From NCBI GenBank assembly GCA_965200315.1, contig OZ241362.1, positions 1,792,001 through 1,856,000 of the forward strand: 64,000 nt of DNA, given 5' to 3'. The notes beneath the pieces are model-generated. The model worked only from the letters and a program-made list of their open reading frames with translations, had not been told where the DNA came from and searched no databases. The DNA is from Candidatus Latescibacterota bacterium. GTDB taxonomy: Bacteria; Latescibacterota; UBA2968; UBA8231. Shown here one piece after another: positions 38,643-48,203 of this stretch (position 1 is the first letter of the stretch; each line of letters begins with the position of its first letter). A program made the position numbers and the translations under genes.

Positions 38643-38894
38643 GTGGACTCGCCGGCGAAATGGCTTTTGGCAGCGACCGGATCGCGGAACGCACCTTTGG
38701 CTTTCTCGCCGTGCCTTCCCTAGACGCTATTCTCGTCGAAGGCGCGCGCGGGCGTCGCCTCGGAGAGTTTTGATCTGGCCGCGACCAACTGGATCGACGA
38801 ATGGATATCCCACCTGTCAGAATTTCTAGTTCGCGATCGGCCGCCGCCGCGAGATGCCTTGCTGCTCGAAGCCGACAGAATACGGGTTGCTGTA

Positions 38895-39626
38895 TCACAA
38901 TTTCAGTCGCTTAAAAATGCGCTCGGGGATGCTCTTGATTGCGAGCATGATCCAGCGCCAAAAAAACGGCGTGTAGAGCACGTCTTTCTTTTGCCGATAT
39001 GCGCGCACAATGTCGGCGGCCACTCGCTCTGGTGGAGCGACCAAAAACAACCCCTCTAGCCCCTCCGTCATAGGCGTATCAACGAACCCAGGCTTGACCG
39101 TCAAGACGTGTACAGACGTCGCGGCCAGCCTGTTGCGCAGCCCTTGCAAGAAAATCGACAGCCCACCCTTGGCCGACCCATAAGCGTAGTTGCCCCGGCG
39201 GCCTCGGTCGCCAGCCACAGACGAGATGGCGATGATGCCAGTCGGCGCGTCCCTTTCCTCCAGATAATTGGCCAAGTGCGCCAGCGCGATGGCCGCGCCG
39301 GTGAAGTTGGCGTTGAGGATGTGAGCGAGCTCATCTGTTTCGCGCTGCGCAGTGCGCTCGTCGCCGAGATAGCCGAAGGCGAGAACTACCAAGTCGAAGG
39401 AGCCGCCGTGCTCGTGAACCTGCTGAGGCAAGTGCGCCAACGCCGCAAAGTCCAAGGCGTCGAACTCGAACAGTTCCACCTCGCACGAGTTCCTGAGCCG
39501 CAAGTCTGCGGCAAACGGCTCCAGCTCGCTGCATCCGCGGGCCGCTAGCGCGAAATCATAGCCGTCGAGGCGCTCGACGATGGCTTGGGCAATCGCCGAC
39601 TTCGCCCCCAAAACCAAGGCCCTCAC
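38895..39626 (-). CDS. SDR oxidoreductase, DprE2-like
   Basis: LGAKSAIA, ISSVAGDRGRRGNYAYGSAK, VKPGFVDTPMT, IPERIFKRL. GTG start overlaps the upstream stop. Confidence 0.85.
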   Translation of the reverse strand: MRALVLGAKSAIAQAIVERLDGYDFALAARGCSELEPFAADLRLRNSCEVELFEFDALDFAALAHLPQQVHEHGGSFDLVVLAFGYLGDERTAQRETDELAHILNANFTGAAIALAHLANYLEERDAPTGIIAISSVAGDRGRRGNYAYGSAKGGLSIFLQGLRNRLAATSVHVLTVKPGFVDTPMTEGLEGLFLVAPPERVAADIVRAYRQKKDVLYTPFFWRWIMLAIKSIPERIFKRLKL

Positions 39627-40954
39627 GTAATCCCCAAGCGGTCGGACAGACAGGAGCGGAAGCGGCATTCGGGGTCGTATTTGCGCTTGACCGCTTTGAA
39701 TTGTCTTAGTTGCGGATACATGGCGGCGAAATCCTCCTTTTCCAAAATGGCGTCCTTGGCCAGATAGACCCGGCCTTTAGCTTCGACGATGATTTTGTTC
39801 AATGCGCGCAAAAAGGGAATCGTCCCGGAGTCGCGCAAGGGGATGTCCAGCGCGAGGGTATAACCCGCGATGGGAAAAGAAAGCAAGCCCTCGTTCGGCG
39901 GTCCAAAGGTCTTGAGCACGGCCAAGGGCGAAGCCACGCCCTCGCGGGCGATGCGCCCGAGCAGATCGGCGATCACCTCCGCGCCATCGGCATAGGGCAC
40001 GGCGATCTGGTACTGCAAAAAGCCCCGGCGACCGTACAGACGGTTCCAGCCGCGGATGGCGTCGAGCGGATAGAAGTACGGATCGTAGTGGACCAGCTCG
40101 TCGGTCGCACGGCGCAGTTGGCGATGGTAGTAGAGCGCGTTAAACACCTTCAGCGACTTGGCATTGAGTACGCCGCCGGGCAAGAAGAACGGCACCGCCC
40201 AGCGGCCATCGCCGTGGATGGCAAAGGGCGGCTTGCCCTTGAGCTGGTGCGCGTCGGCGTGTTCCCCCAGCAACACGCGACCGCGGCCCAGCTTTCGGCC
40301 CGTTTGCAAGCCGTCGATCCACGCGACCGAATAGGTGTACTGATGCTGGGTCTCCGTGCAAATGCGGCGCGTCTCGGCCCAATTCGCCGTCTTGATGGCG
40401 CGCTGCCGAATGTACGCCGACGGCACCTTTTTCAGCCGCAGGGTCGCCGCATAGATAAATCCCGTCAAGCCCATGCCGCCGAGCGTGGCCCAAAACAGAT
40501 CGGCGCACTCGTTGCGCGAGCAGCTCACAAGCGAGCCATCGGCTAACACCATGTCCAGCGACTCGACAAACGCGGCGATGGAACCCTCGGCGTGGTGGTT
40601 TTTGCCATGCACATCCGCGGCAATGCAGCCGCCGAGCGTGGGGAACTTGGTCCCCGGCGTAACGGGTGGGAAAAAGCCCTCGGGCAGGGCAAAGCGGATG
40701 ATCTCCGCCAAGGTAATGCCAGCTTGCGCACGCAAAAGCCCGCGTTGCGGATCGAAGTCGAGCAGGTGCTTGAGGGGCAGCGTGGAGACGACGCGCTCGT
40801 ACAGGCAAGCGTCTCCGTAGGAGCGGCAATTGCCCTGGGGCAAAATCCGGGTCGCGCCGGCGCGACCGAGGTCGCTTAGATAGCGCGCGCGCTGAACCGA
40901 GGCGGCGACGAGCGGGTACAGCCCCCAGCCGCTAGTGGCGATTTTTTTGTCCAA
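39623..40954 (-). CDS. FAD-binding oxidoreductase, DprE1-like
   Basis: GNCRSYGDA, PVTPGTKFPTLGGCIAADVHGKNHH, YSVAWID, YFYPLD, GFLQYQ, GRVYLAKD. Confidence 0.88.
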   Translation of the reverse strand: MDKKIATSGWGLYPLVAASVQRARYLSDLGRAGATRILPQGNCRSYGDACLYERVVSTLPLKHLLDFDPQRGLLRAQAGITLAEIIRFALPEGFFPPVTPGTKFPTLGGCIAADVHGKNHHAEGSIAAFVESLDMVLADGSLVSCSRNECADLFWATLGGMGLTGFIYAATLRLKKVPSAYIRQRAIKTANWAETRRICTETQHQYTYSVAWIDGLQTGRKLGRGRVLLGEHADAHQLKGKPPFAIHGDGRWAVPFFLPGGVLNAKSLKVFNALYYHRQLRRATDELVHYDPYFYPLDAIRGWNRLYGRRGFLQYQIAVPYADGAEVIADLLGRIAREGVASPLAVLKTFGPPNEGLLSFPIAGYTLALDIPLRDSGTIPFLRALNKIIVEAKGRVYLAKDAILEKEDFAAMYPQLRQFKAVKRKYDPECRFRSCLSDRLGIT

Positions 40955-41131
40955 CAGCCTAAGTAGGTCGGGTGGTTTTCTTTTAGCAAAGATAGATAAT
41001 ATAATGGACGTTGCGCATCGCCGGAGCCTGTGCGCGGTGACTGACGATTCCCCACGCCCTGTTGATGGGGTTTGTTTTACTTTACTTTTTGTCGCCAGGA
41101 AGTTCGCCGAGCGATGAGAGAGGAAGGCCCT

Positions 41132-41689
41132 ATGCTCAGCCCTAATCTAGCCGTCAAGTTCACCTATGAGGACTACCGGCACACCCCGGAAGACCAGCGC
41201 TATGAGTTATTGGACGGAGAGCTGATTATGGCCCCCGCGCCCAACTTAGGACACCAGCGAATTGACGCCAAATTGGGATGGCGACTCGCTCAATTTGTGG
41301 AGGAGAGGGATTTGGGCGAGGTTTTTTCCGCCCCCTGCGACGTGGTGCTGTCGAACATGGACGTGGTGCAGCCAGACCTGCTGTTCGTCTCCACCGAGCG
41401 AGCACACTTGCTACTCGGCGGCGATAGTGTCCTCGGCGCACCGGATTTGGTCGTCGAAATCCTATCCCCTTCCACCGCAGGGCGAGACCGGACGCTCAAA
41501 CGCAACCTGTATGCAAAACACGGGGTGAAAGAGTACTGGCTGGTCGATCCAGACACCCGCACGGTGTCGGTGCTGCGGCTCGGAGACAGTGCCTTCGAGG
41601 TGGAGTCCATCTACGGAGAGGGACAGACGATGACTTCGCCCTCGCTCGTCGGCTTCACCGCTGACCTGAACGAAATTTTCGGCGCGTGA
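41132..41689 (+). CDS. Uma2 (DUF820) family endonuclease
   Basis: RYELLDGEL, HQ, VVQPDLLFV, GAPDLVVEILSPST, YAKHGVKEYWLVDP. Confidence 0.92.
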   Translation: MLSPNLAVKFTYEDYRHTPEDQRYELLDGELIMAPAPNLGHQRIDAKLGWRLAQFVEERDLGEVFSAPCDVVLSNMDVVQPDLLFVSTERAHLLLGGDSVLGAPDLVVEILSPSTAGRDRTLKRNLYAKHGVKEYWLVDPDTRTVSVLRLGDSAFEVESIYGEGQTMTSPSLVGFTADLNEIFGA

Positions 41690-41894
41690 TGAACTCTGCG
41701 CAGAAAGCACTAGAGCCGGTTTCAAAACTCCCAACGTCATCCACAGGCACCTGACACACTACTCACTGACGCCGCCGATATGCCCAGTTCAAAATCACCG
41801 GTCATGTCGTCGTTATGCCATCCAAGTGTTATTATCACTGTCGCCTTCCCCGCCTGAGTACCACCCTGTGCCACAATGATGAGCGAGTGCGACC

Positions 41895-44078
41895 ATGCAG
41901 ACAACGCTTGAGCCGCAGACTATAGAGGCCCTTGTACGCGCTGAGTACCCCGATGTGTTCTCGACCTTGGGCATGCACCCGTTAGACGACGGATGGGTCG
42001 TGCGCATATTCTTGCCCGCGGCAGCGAGTGTGGGGGTCGTGGAGCGCGGGGGGCAAAACGCGAGTTTTCCGGCGACCAAAATTCATGCCTCTGGGCTGTT
42101 CGAGGCGCGGATCACGGGCCGCAGTTCGCCCTTTGCCTATCATCTAGAGATAACAGACGCACACGGCGCGGTGCGCTGCTGCCGCGACCCGTACTCATTC
42201 TGGCCGCAGTGTGCGCCCCAAGACCAATACCTCTTCAACGAAGGAACGCTCTACCGAGCCTACGAGATGCTGGGGGCCCATCCGCGCTGCATCGACGGGG
42301 CGGATGGCACGTATTTCGCGGTGTGGGCACCGAGTGCTCGCCGGGTCAGCGTAGTCGGCGACTTCAACGGCTGGGACGGTCGGCGGCACGGCATGCGCTC
42401 GCTGGGCACATCCGGTGTCTGGGAATTGTTCGTCCCCGAAGTGGGCGCAGGCGCGCTCTACAAGTACGAAATCCTCAGCCGCGCCGGCGACGTGCTGCTC
42501 AAGAGCGATCCCTTTGCCTTTGCAGCCGAGCGGCCACCCCGCACTGCTTCCGCTGTCTGCCGGAGCGATGCGTTCGCCTGGGGCGACGGCGCGTGGATGG
42601 CCGCACGACAGGAGCACAACTGGCTGGAAGCACCCCTCGCCATCTACGAGGTGCATCTCGGCTCTTGGCGACGCGATGGCCATGCCTATCTCGACTATCG
42701 CACGCTGGCGCACCAATTGGTCGCCCATGTTGCCGAACTAGGCTTTACCCACATCGAGCTAATGCCGGTGGCCGAGCATCCCTTCGATGGCTCGTGGGGC
42801 TATCAAGGAACGGGGTATTTTGCCCCGAGTGCGCGCTTTGGCTCCCCAGAGGACTTTGCCTATTTCATCGACTACTGCCACCGCCACGAGATCGGCGTTC
42901 TCCTCGACTGGGTGCCCGGGCACTTCCCCAACGACGCCTACGGCTTGGCTCAGTTCGACGGCACCAGCCTCTACGAGCACCGCGACCCGCGTCAAGGGTG
43001 GCATCCCGACTGGCAGACCTGCATATTCAACTACGGCCGCGCCGAAGTCCGCTCCTTTCTCATTTCCAACGCCCTGTTTTGGCTCGAACGCTTTCACCTC
43101 GACGGGCTGCGAGTCGATGCAGTAGCCTCCATGCTCTACCTCGACTATTCGCGCTCGGAAGGGGAATGGGTGCCCAACGCCTATGGCGGGCGCGAAAACC
43201 TCGAAGCCATCGGCTTCCTCAAACAGCTCAACACGGCCATCGGCGAGCACTGCCCTGGCACCTTGATGATCGCCGAGGAATCGACTGCTTGGCCGGAGGT
43301 TTCTCGGCCGACCGACGCCGGTGGGCTCGGCTTCGGCTTCAAGTGGAACATGGGCTGGATGAACGACGTGCTGCGCTACATGCAGCGCGATCCCATCCAC
43401 CGCCGCCACCACCAAGCCGACCTGAGCTTTGGCCTGCTCTACGCCTATAGCGAAAACTTCGTGTTGCCGCTGTCGCACGACGAGGTTGTCCACGGCAAGC
43501 GCTCGCTCTTGAGCAAGATGCCCGGCGACGCTTGGCAGCAACGGGCCAACTTGCGCTTGCTCTACGGCTTTATGTACGGGCACCCAGGCAAGAAGCTGCT
43601 CTTTATGGGGGCCGAGCTGGCGCAGTGGGAAGAGTGGAACCACCAAGGCGAGCTGCCTTGGCACCTGCTCGACGACGAGAGCCACCGCGGCGTCTATCGC
43701 TGGCTCTGCGATCTCAATCGGCTCTATCGCCGCTGCACAGCCCTACACCGCACCGATGCAGATCCCGATGGTTTTGAGTGGATCGACTGCTCGGATGCTA
43801 CGCAGAGCATCGCGGCTTTTGCGCGCCGCGCCGCGGGAGCAAAACCCCTGATCTTCGTCTGCAATTTTACCCCCGTCCCCCGAGCGGACTACCGCCTCGG
43901 GCTGCCAGCCGCCGGGCCGTACCGCGAGGTGCTCAACAGCGACGCCGAAATCTACGGCGGCAGCGGCGTGGGGCACGGCGGCTGGGTGCAAACCGAGGAA
44001 GTCGCCTGCCACGGCCGGCCGCATTCGGCGCGGTTGTGCCTGCCACCGCTGGGCTTGTTGGTTCTGGAGCCTAGCTAA
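41895..44078 (+). CDS. glgB: 1,4-alpha-glucan branching enzyme (GH13)
   Basis: FAVWAPSA, IYEVHLGSW, EHPFDGSWGYQ, DGLRVDAVASMLY, IAEESTAW, LSHDEVVHGK. Confidence 0.97.
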   Translation: MQTTLEPQTIEALVRAEYPDVFSTLGMHPLDDGWVVRIFLPAAASVGVVERGGQNASFPATKIHASGLFEARITGRSSPFAYHLEITDAHGAVRCCRDPYSFWPQCAPQDQYLFNEGTLYRAYEMLGAHPRCIDGADGTYFAVWAPSARRVSVVGDFNGWDGRRHGMRSLGTSGVWELFVPEVGAGALYKYEILSRAGDVLLKSDPFAFAAERPPRTASAVCRSDAFAWGDGAWMAARQEHNWLEAPLAIYEVHLGSWRRDGHAYLDYRTLAHQLVAHVAELGFTHIELMPVAEHPFDGSWGYQGTGYFAPSARFGSPEDFAYFIDYCHRHEIGVLLDWVPGHFPNDAYGLAQFDGTSLYEHRDPRQGWHPDWQTCIFNYGRAEVRSFLISNALFWLERFHLDGLRVDAVASMLYLDYSRSEGEWVPNAYGGRENLEAIGFLKQLNTAIGEHCPGTLMIAEESTAWPEVSRPTDAGGLGFGFKWNMGWMNDVLRYMQRDPIHRRHHQADLSFGLLYAYSENFVLPLSHDEVVHGKRSLLSKMPGDAWQQRANLRLLYGFMYGHPGKKLLFMGAELAQWEEWNHQGELPWHLLDDESHRGVYRWLCDLNRLYRRCTALHRTDADPDGFEWIDCSDATQSIAAFARRAAGAKPLIFVCNFTPVPRADYRLGLPAAGPYREVLNSDAEIYGGSGVGHGGWVQTEEVACHGRPHSARLCLPPLGLLVLEPS

Positions 44079-44084
44079 TTTGCC

Positions 44085-44930
44085 ATGCTTGAGATACTTT
44101 CGCACGTCACCAGCGAACTCCGGCGGCTCGGCCAACAGCGGCTTGCGCTGATTGGCGGCGGGGTCTTGGCGAGCGCGGTGCTAGTCGCGCTTTTGGCACC
44201 ACTGTTGGCACCATACGATCCACTGGCGCAAAACCTCTATGCGCGCTTGCAGCCGCCATCGGCCAGCCATTGGCTGGGAACGGACGACTTTGGCCGCGAC
44301 ATCTTCAGCCGCATCGTGTACGGCGCCCGCATCTCGCTGCGGATCGGACTGGTCGCCATCGCGCTGGCCGCTTCCGCTGGCACCTTGCTCGGCCTCATAG
44401 CCGGGTATCGCGGCGGGGTTGCCGACATGCTCATCATGCGGCTGATGGACCTGATGCTGGCGTTTCCCAGCATCCTCTTGGCCATTGCCATCGTCGCCGT
44501 CATCGGGCCGGGCATCGACAATGCCATTCTCGCCGTCAGCATCGTGTTGGTGCCGCAATTTGCCCGCCTCATGCGCTCGTCCGTATTGACCGTACGCGAG
44601 GCCACGTACGTCGAGGCCGTACGCGCACTGGGGGCGAGCGAATCGCGGCTGCTTTTCTACAGCATCTTGCCCAACTGCACGGTCCCGCTCATCGTGCAAG
44701 CCACGCTCAGCTTGGGCACGGCCATCCTCGACGCGGCCGGGTTGAGCTTTTTGGGATTGGGGGCCCAGCCGCCGGCCCCCGAGTGGGGAGCCATGCTATC
44801 CGGCGGGCGCGAACTGCTCTTGCAAGCACCCTGGGTCATGGCCTTTCCCGGGCTGGCCATCTTCGGGGTCGTCCTCTCACTAAACCTCTTTGGCGATGGG
44901 CTTAGAGACGCCTTGGATCCAAAAATTTAG
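44085..44930 (+). CDS. dppC: Peptide ABC transporter permease (DppC/OppC)
   Basis: [58 protein letters not shown]. Confidence 0.9.
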   Translation: MLEILSHVTSELRRLGQQRLALIGGGVLASAVLVALLAPLLAPYDPLAQNLYARLQPPSASHWLGTDDFGRDIFSRIVYGARISLRIGLVAIALAASAGTLLGLIAGYRGGVADMLIMRLMDLMLAFPSILLAIAIVAVIGPGIDNAILAVSIVLVPQFARLMRSSVLTVREATYVEAVRALGASESRLLFYSILPNCTVPLIVQATLSLGTAILDAAGLSFLGLGAQPPAPEWGAMLSGGRELLLQAPWVMAFPGLAIFGVVLSLNLFGDGLRDALDPKI

Positions 44931-44941
44931 AACGAGAAAAT

Positions 44942-45244
44942 ATGAACCCAATCCCGACCCAGCCCATCGCCCCGGCGCGCATTGAATATCCAAAGGTGCA
45001 AAACTTCCGCGCCCTGCGGAGCGTCGAGTTCAAAAACTTGACGCCGCTGACGGTGCTGCTTGGTCCCAACGGCAGCGGCAAATCCACGGTATTTGACGTG
45101 TTCGCCTTTCTGGCAGAATGCTTGGAGGTGGGGCTGCGCAAGCTAGAAGTAGTGCGCACGATTGCCGCTCACATTAACCCGGACTGCAATCGCTCCCCCA
45201 GCTTTGTGAAATTCCGCGACGCTCTCGTCGAGGCGACGGCATAA
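44942..45244 (+). pseudogene. Chimera: AAA_21-type ATPase N-terminus joined to DUF4276-like C-terminus
   Basis: VQNFRAL…[22 protein letters not shown], then [32 protein letters not shown]; only 100 aa. Confidence 0.65.
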
Positions 45245-45336
45245 TGTTTTGCCAAGATGGTCCAAATCGCCGGCCGAATGTCCCGCGCCGCCTGTCGTCC
45301 ATTGGGGATGACAATTGCTGCGATAAGAGGCTACGC

Positions 45337-47229
45337 ATGAACGACATCTCACGCATCTTGTTTCTGCTCTGCGCCCTCGCGCTGTCAGCGGGCGGCTGCG
45401 CGACTCTGCGGGGCTCTTATGAGCCTACATACGCAGGGCCGACGAGTTCCGACCAAGCCATGCAATACTTCATCAAGGCCAAGGTCTTTGAAGCCCAGCA
45501 CAACTACCTCGGCGCGATAGTCGCCCTGCGCAACGCGGCCGATCTCGACCCGACCTCGCCCACTATCTACGCCCGCCTCGCTTACAACTACCAGCGCATT
45601 GACGACGCCGAGGTGGCCGTCCATTTTGCCCTCAAAGGCTTGGCATTGGACGGCAGCCAAGTGCGGTTGCGCCGTCTGCTGATTCGCATCTTGGAGAGCG
45701 AAGGCGACCGCGAGGGTGCCATCGACCACATTGAAGAGTTGCTGCGCTACGAGCCAGACAATTGGCCGCTCTACCGCCACTTGGCCTATCTCTACTTTGA
45801 AACGGGCCAAACCAAGCGCATCGCTCCGCTCTTCAAGGAGGTGCTCGCCCAAGAGCACGTACCACCGGAGGTCAAGGTAGATATAGCCGTCATTTTTTCG
45901 CGCATTAACCAGCAAGAAGAGGCCGAGCGCATCTATCGCCGAGTCCTCGCAGCCGACCCTATGGTCGAGGACGCTTGGCTGGGTCTGGCCGAGCTCAAGC
46001 TGGCGCAGGGATACCGCCACGAGGCCATTGCCATCTACCGAGAAGCCGCAGCCCACCTGCCCGACAGCAGCGTCCTTGACCACTTGGCGCGGCTGATGGT
46101 CACCGAGCGCGACCTAGAGGACATTCTCGCCGAAGAGAGTGCCGAGGTGCTCTACCACTTGGGGGTAGCCCTGTCCGAGGCCGGCCAGTACGACCAAGCG
46201 ACGTTGGTCTTTAAGCGCATCATCGAGATGCAGCCCCAAACGGTCGAGCAATGGACCGACCTAGCGCGCTACTACATCTACTTGGAGGACTACGACTCGG
46301 CCACTGCGGTCCTCAGCCAAGCGGCAGAGGCCATGCCCGACAGCAGCCATATCTACCTGTACTGGGGGACGGCCCTCGAGAAAACCGAGCGCTATGACGA
46401 GGCCATCGCCGTGTACCAGCGCGGTCTCCAGCACCTGCCCGACGCCGTTGAGCTATATCTGTACTGGGGACTCGCTCTAGAGCAACAAGACGCTTGGGCA
46501 GAGGCCATTGATGTCTATCGCCAAGCCCTTGCAGCATCCCCGGGCCACGCCGCCCTGCACGTGCGGTGGGGCATCAGCCTCGGGCGGCAAGAGCAGTGGG
46601 AAGACTCGCTGGCCCAATACGAAACAGCGGCCTCGCTCGACTCCGCCTATAGCCCAACCTTTCTGCACTGGGGCATCGCGCTAGAGGAACTAGAGCACTG
46701 GGAAGCAGCCCTTGAGAAGCTGAATGAGGCCGTTGTGGTCGCCAACAACAAGAGCCGCGTACTCTTTTACCTCGGCTCCTGCTATGAGCAGGCTTCGCGC
46801 AAACTCGACCGCGACGAGTACTTCGACCGCGCCGTAGAGACCTTCCAACGCCTGTTGGAGATCGAGCCAAACGACGCGTACGCGCTCAACTACCTCGGCT
46901 ACATGTACGCGGACAAGGGCGTGCGCCTGACAGAAGCAGTCGCGCTCTTGGAGAAGGCGATCGCGCTCCAGCCGGACAACAGCGCGTTCCTCGACAGCAT
47001 CGGCTGGGCCTATTTCCGCCTCGGCGAGCTAGCGCAGGCCGAACACTATCTGCAACAAGCCTTAGACCATATCGACGAGGGCGATCCCGAGGAGCAGGCC
47101 GTGATCTTTGACCACGCCGGCGACATTGCCAACGCCCTCGATAAAATGGACGAGGCGCGTGTGCATTGGCTGAAGGTGCTGGAACTCGCGCCGGACAACG
47201 AAGAGGTCCAGCGCAAGTTGCTGCCATGA
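45337..47229 (+). CDS. Tetratricopeptide-repeat lipoprotein
   Basis: Lipobox AGGC, many TPRs, ALNYLGYMYAD, AFLDSIGWAYF, IFDHAGD. Confidence 0.9.
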   Translation: MNDISRILFLLCALALSAGGCATLRGSYEPTYAGPTSSDQAMQYFIKAKVFEAQHNYLGAIVALRNAADLDPTSPTIYARLAYNYQRIDDAEVAVHFALKGLALDGSQVRLRRLLIRILESEGDREGAIDHIEELLRYEPDNWPLYRHLAYLYFETGQTKRIAPLFKEVLAQEHVPPEVKVDIAVIFSRINQQEEAERIYRRVLAADPMVEDAWLGLAELKLAQGYRHEAIAIYREAAAHLPDSSVLDHLARLMVTERDLEDILAEESAEVLYHLGVALSEAGQYDQATLVFKRIIEMQPQTVEQWTDLARYYIYLEDYDSATAVLSQAAEAMPDSSHIYLYWGTALEKTERYDEAIAVYQRGLQHLPDAVELYLYWGLALEQQDAWAEAIDVYRQALAASPGHAALHVRWGISLGRQEQWEDSLAQYETAASLDSAYSPTFLHWGIALEELEHWEAALEKLNEAVVVANNKSRVLFYLGSCYEQASRKLDRDEYFDRAVETFQRLLEIEPNDAYALNYLGYMYADKGVRLTEAVALLEKAIALQPDNSAFLDSIGWAYFRLGELAQAEHYLQQALDHIDEGDPEEQAVIFDHAGDIANALDKMDEARVHWLKVLELAPDNEEVQRKLLP

Positions 47230-47987
47230 TGAATACCTCGCGCTCGGGGCACCCCCGAAATTTTCAGACAGCTTACAAATGGCTTGCGCTCTGCTCCCTA
47301 ACGCTAGCTTGCGCACCGCCGCTGGTGGTGCGGGAAGGTTGGGATGCGACCCAAGGGCCGGCTGCCTTGCTCGCTGCCTCGGCGTCCCTAGCCCAGTTTG
47401 CGGATCTAACGGCGGAAGCAGCCATTGAACTGCGACGCGGCGAGGTGCGCGGTCAGGGGACAGCCCTCGTGCAGCTAGTCAATCCCGATCTCTTCCGCGT
47501 CGAAGTGCGCGGCCCCTTTTTCACGCACATTTTTACGGCTCTGCTCGAAGGCGACAGCCTGACCGTGCATGGCCGGGGCATGGATCGGCCCGTAAAAGGA
47601 ACGGTGAGCGGCCGGCTGCTAACCACGTTGACCGGGCTGGATTTCGGCGCGTACGACTTGCGCTACGCCTTGCTCGGCCTCGTCGAGCCAAGTTCCATCA
47701 TCGAGCCGGTCGAATATCCGCAGGCCGGCCAAGCAGTCGTCGCGTTCGCAGGCGGGCGGCGGGCATGGCTGGACCTGCGCCGCGGCTTGGTGTTGCGCGA
47801 GAGCATCCCGCTGCCCGAGGGCGATGTCCTGTTCCGCGAGCTAAAAGAATACCGGCAGGAGCAAGCGCTCTATCTGCCGCGCCGAGTGGAAATTCGTCAG
47901 CGCGATGTCCTGCTGGCCTTGTCCTATAAAAGCTACGCTTTCAACCGCGGCTTGGATGCCGAACAGTTGCGACGGGGTACGCCTTAA
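47226..47987 (+). CDS. LolB-like/DUF4292-like lipoprotein
   Basis: Lipobox LTLAC; PDLFRVEVRGPF; YLPRRVEI; overlaps the TPR gene stop. Confidence 0.6.
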   Translation: MMNTSRSGHPRNFQTAYKWLALCSLTLACAPPLVVREGWDATQGPAALLAASASLAQFADLTAEAAIELRRGEVRGQGTALVQLVNPDLFRVEVRGPFFTHIFTALLEGDSLTVHGRGMDRPVKGTVSGRLLTTLTGLDFGAYDLRYALLGLVEPSSIIEPVEYPQAGQAVVAFAGGRRAWLDLRRGLVLRESIPLPEGDVLFRELKEYRQEQALYLPRRVEIRQRDVLLALSYKSYAFNRGLDAEQLRRGTP

Positions 47988-48018
47988 GTGCCATAAGACG
48001 CAGCACCTTTCCTAAGTT

Positions 48019-48121
48019 GGCCAAGACGACCGGAGGTAGCGCTGTGGCGACGGGTATTTATTTCTATCGGTTCGCTGCTGGCCCCTTCCATCGAGTGCGG
48101 CCGATGGTGCTACTCAAATAG
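48019..48121 (+). pseudogene. Remnant of T9SS type-A/FlgD-Ig-like C-terminal sorting domain
   Basis: GQDD(frameshift)GGSAVATGIYFYRFAAGPFHRVRPMVLLK*; no upstream gene body. Confidence 0.65.
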
Positions 48122-48203
48122 CACTGAATCGTTTGACAGTTTTAGGCCCCCATGCGTACTTATGAAGAAGGCACTTCAATAATACATCTTGGGGAGGACT
48201 TCC

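Noticed and set aside
41132-41689. Uma2 nuclease as part of a defence system
   Set aside because: Solitary member of a commonly expanded family with no partner genes.
41710-41732. ctagagccggtttcaaaactccc resembling an IS terminal inverted repeat
   Set aside because: No partner end or transposase found; too short to support.
41993-43685. Long overlapping or antisense ORFs (e.g. 41993-43450, 42759-43685; also 10494-11603, 8719-9555)
   Set aside because: Shadow ORFs of high-GC genes, Arg/Ala/Pro-rich and without motifs.
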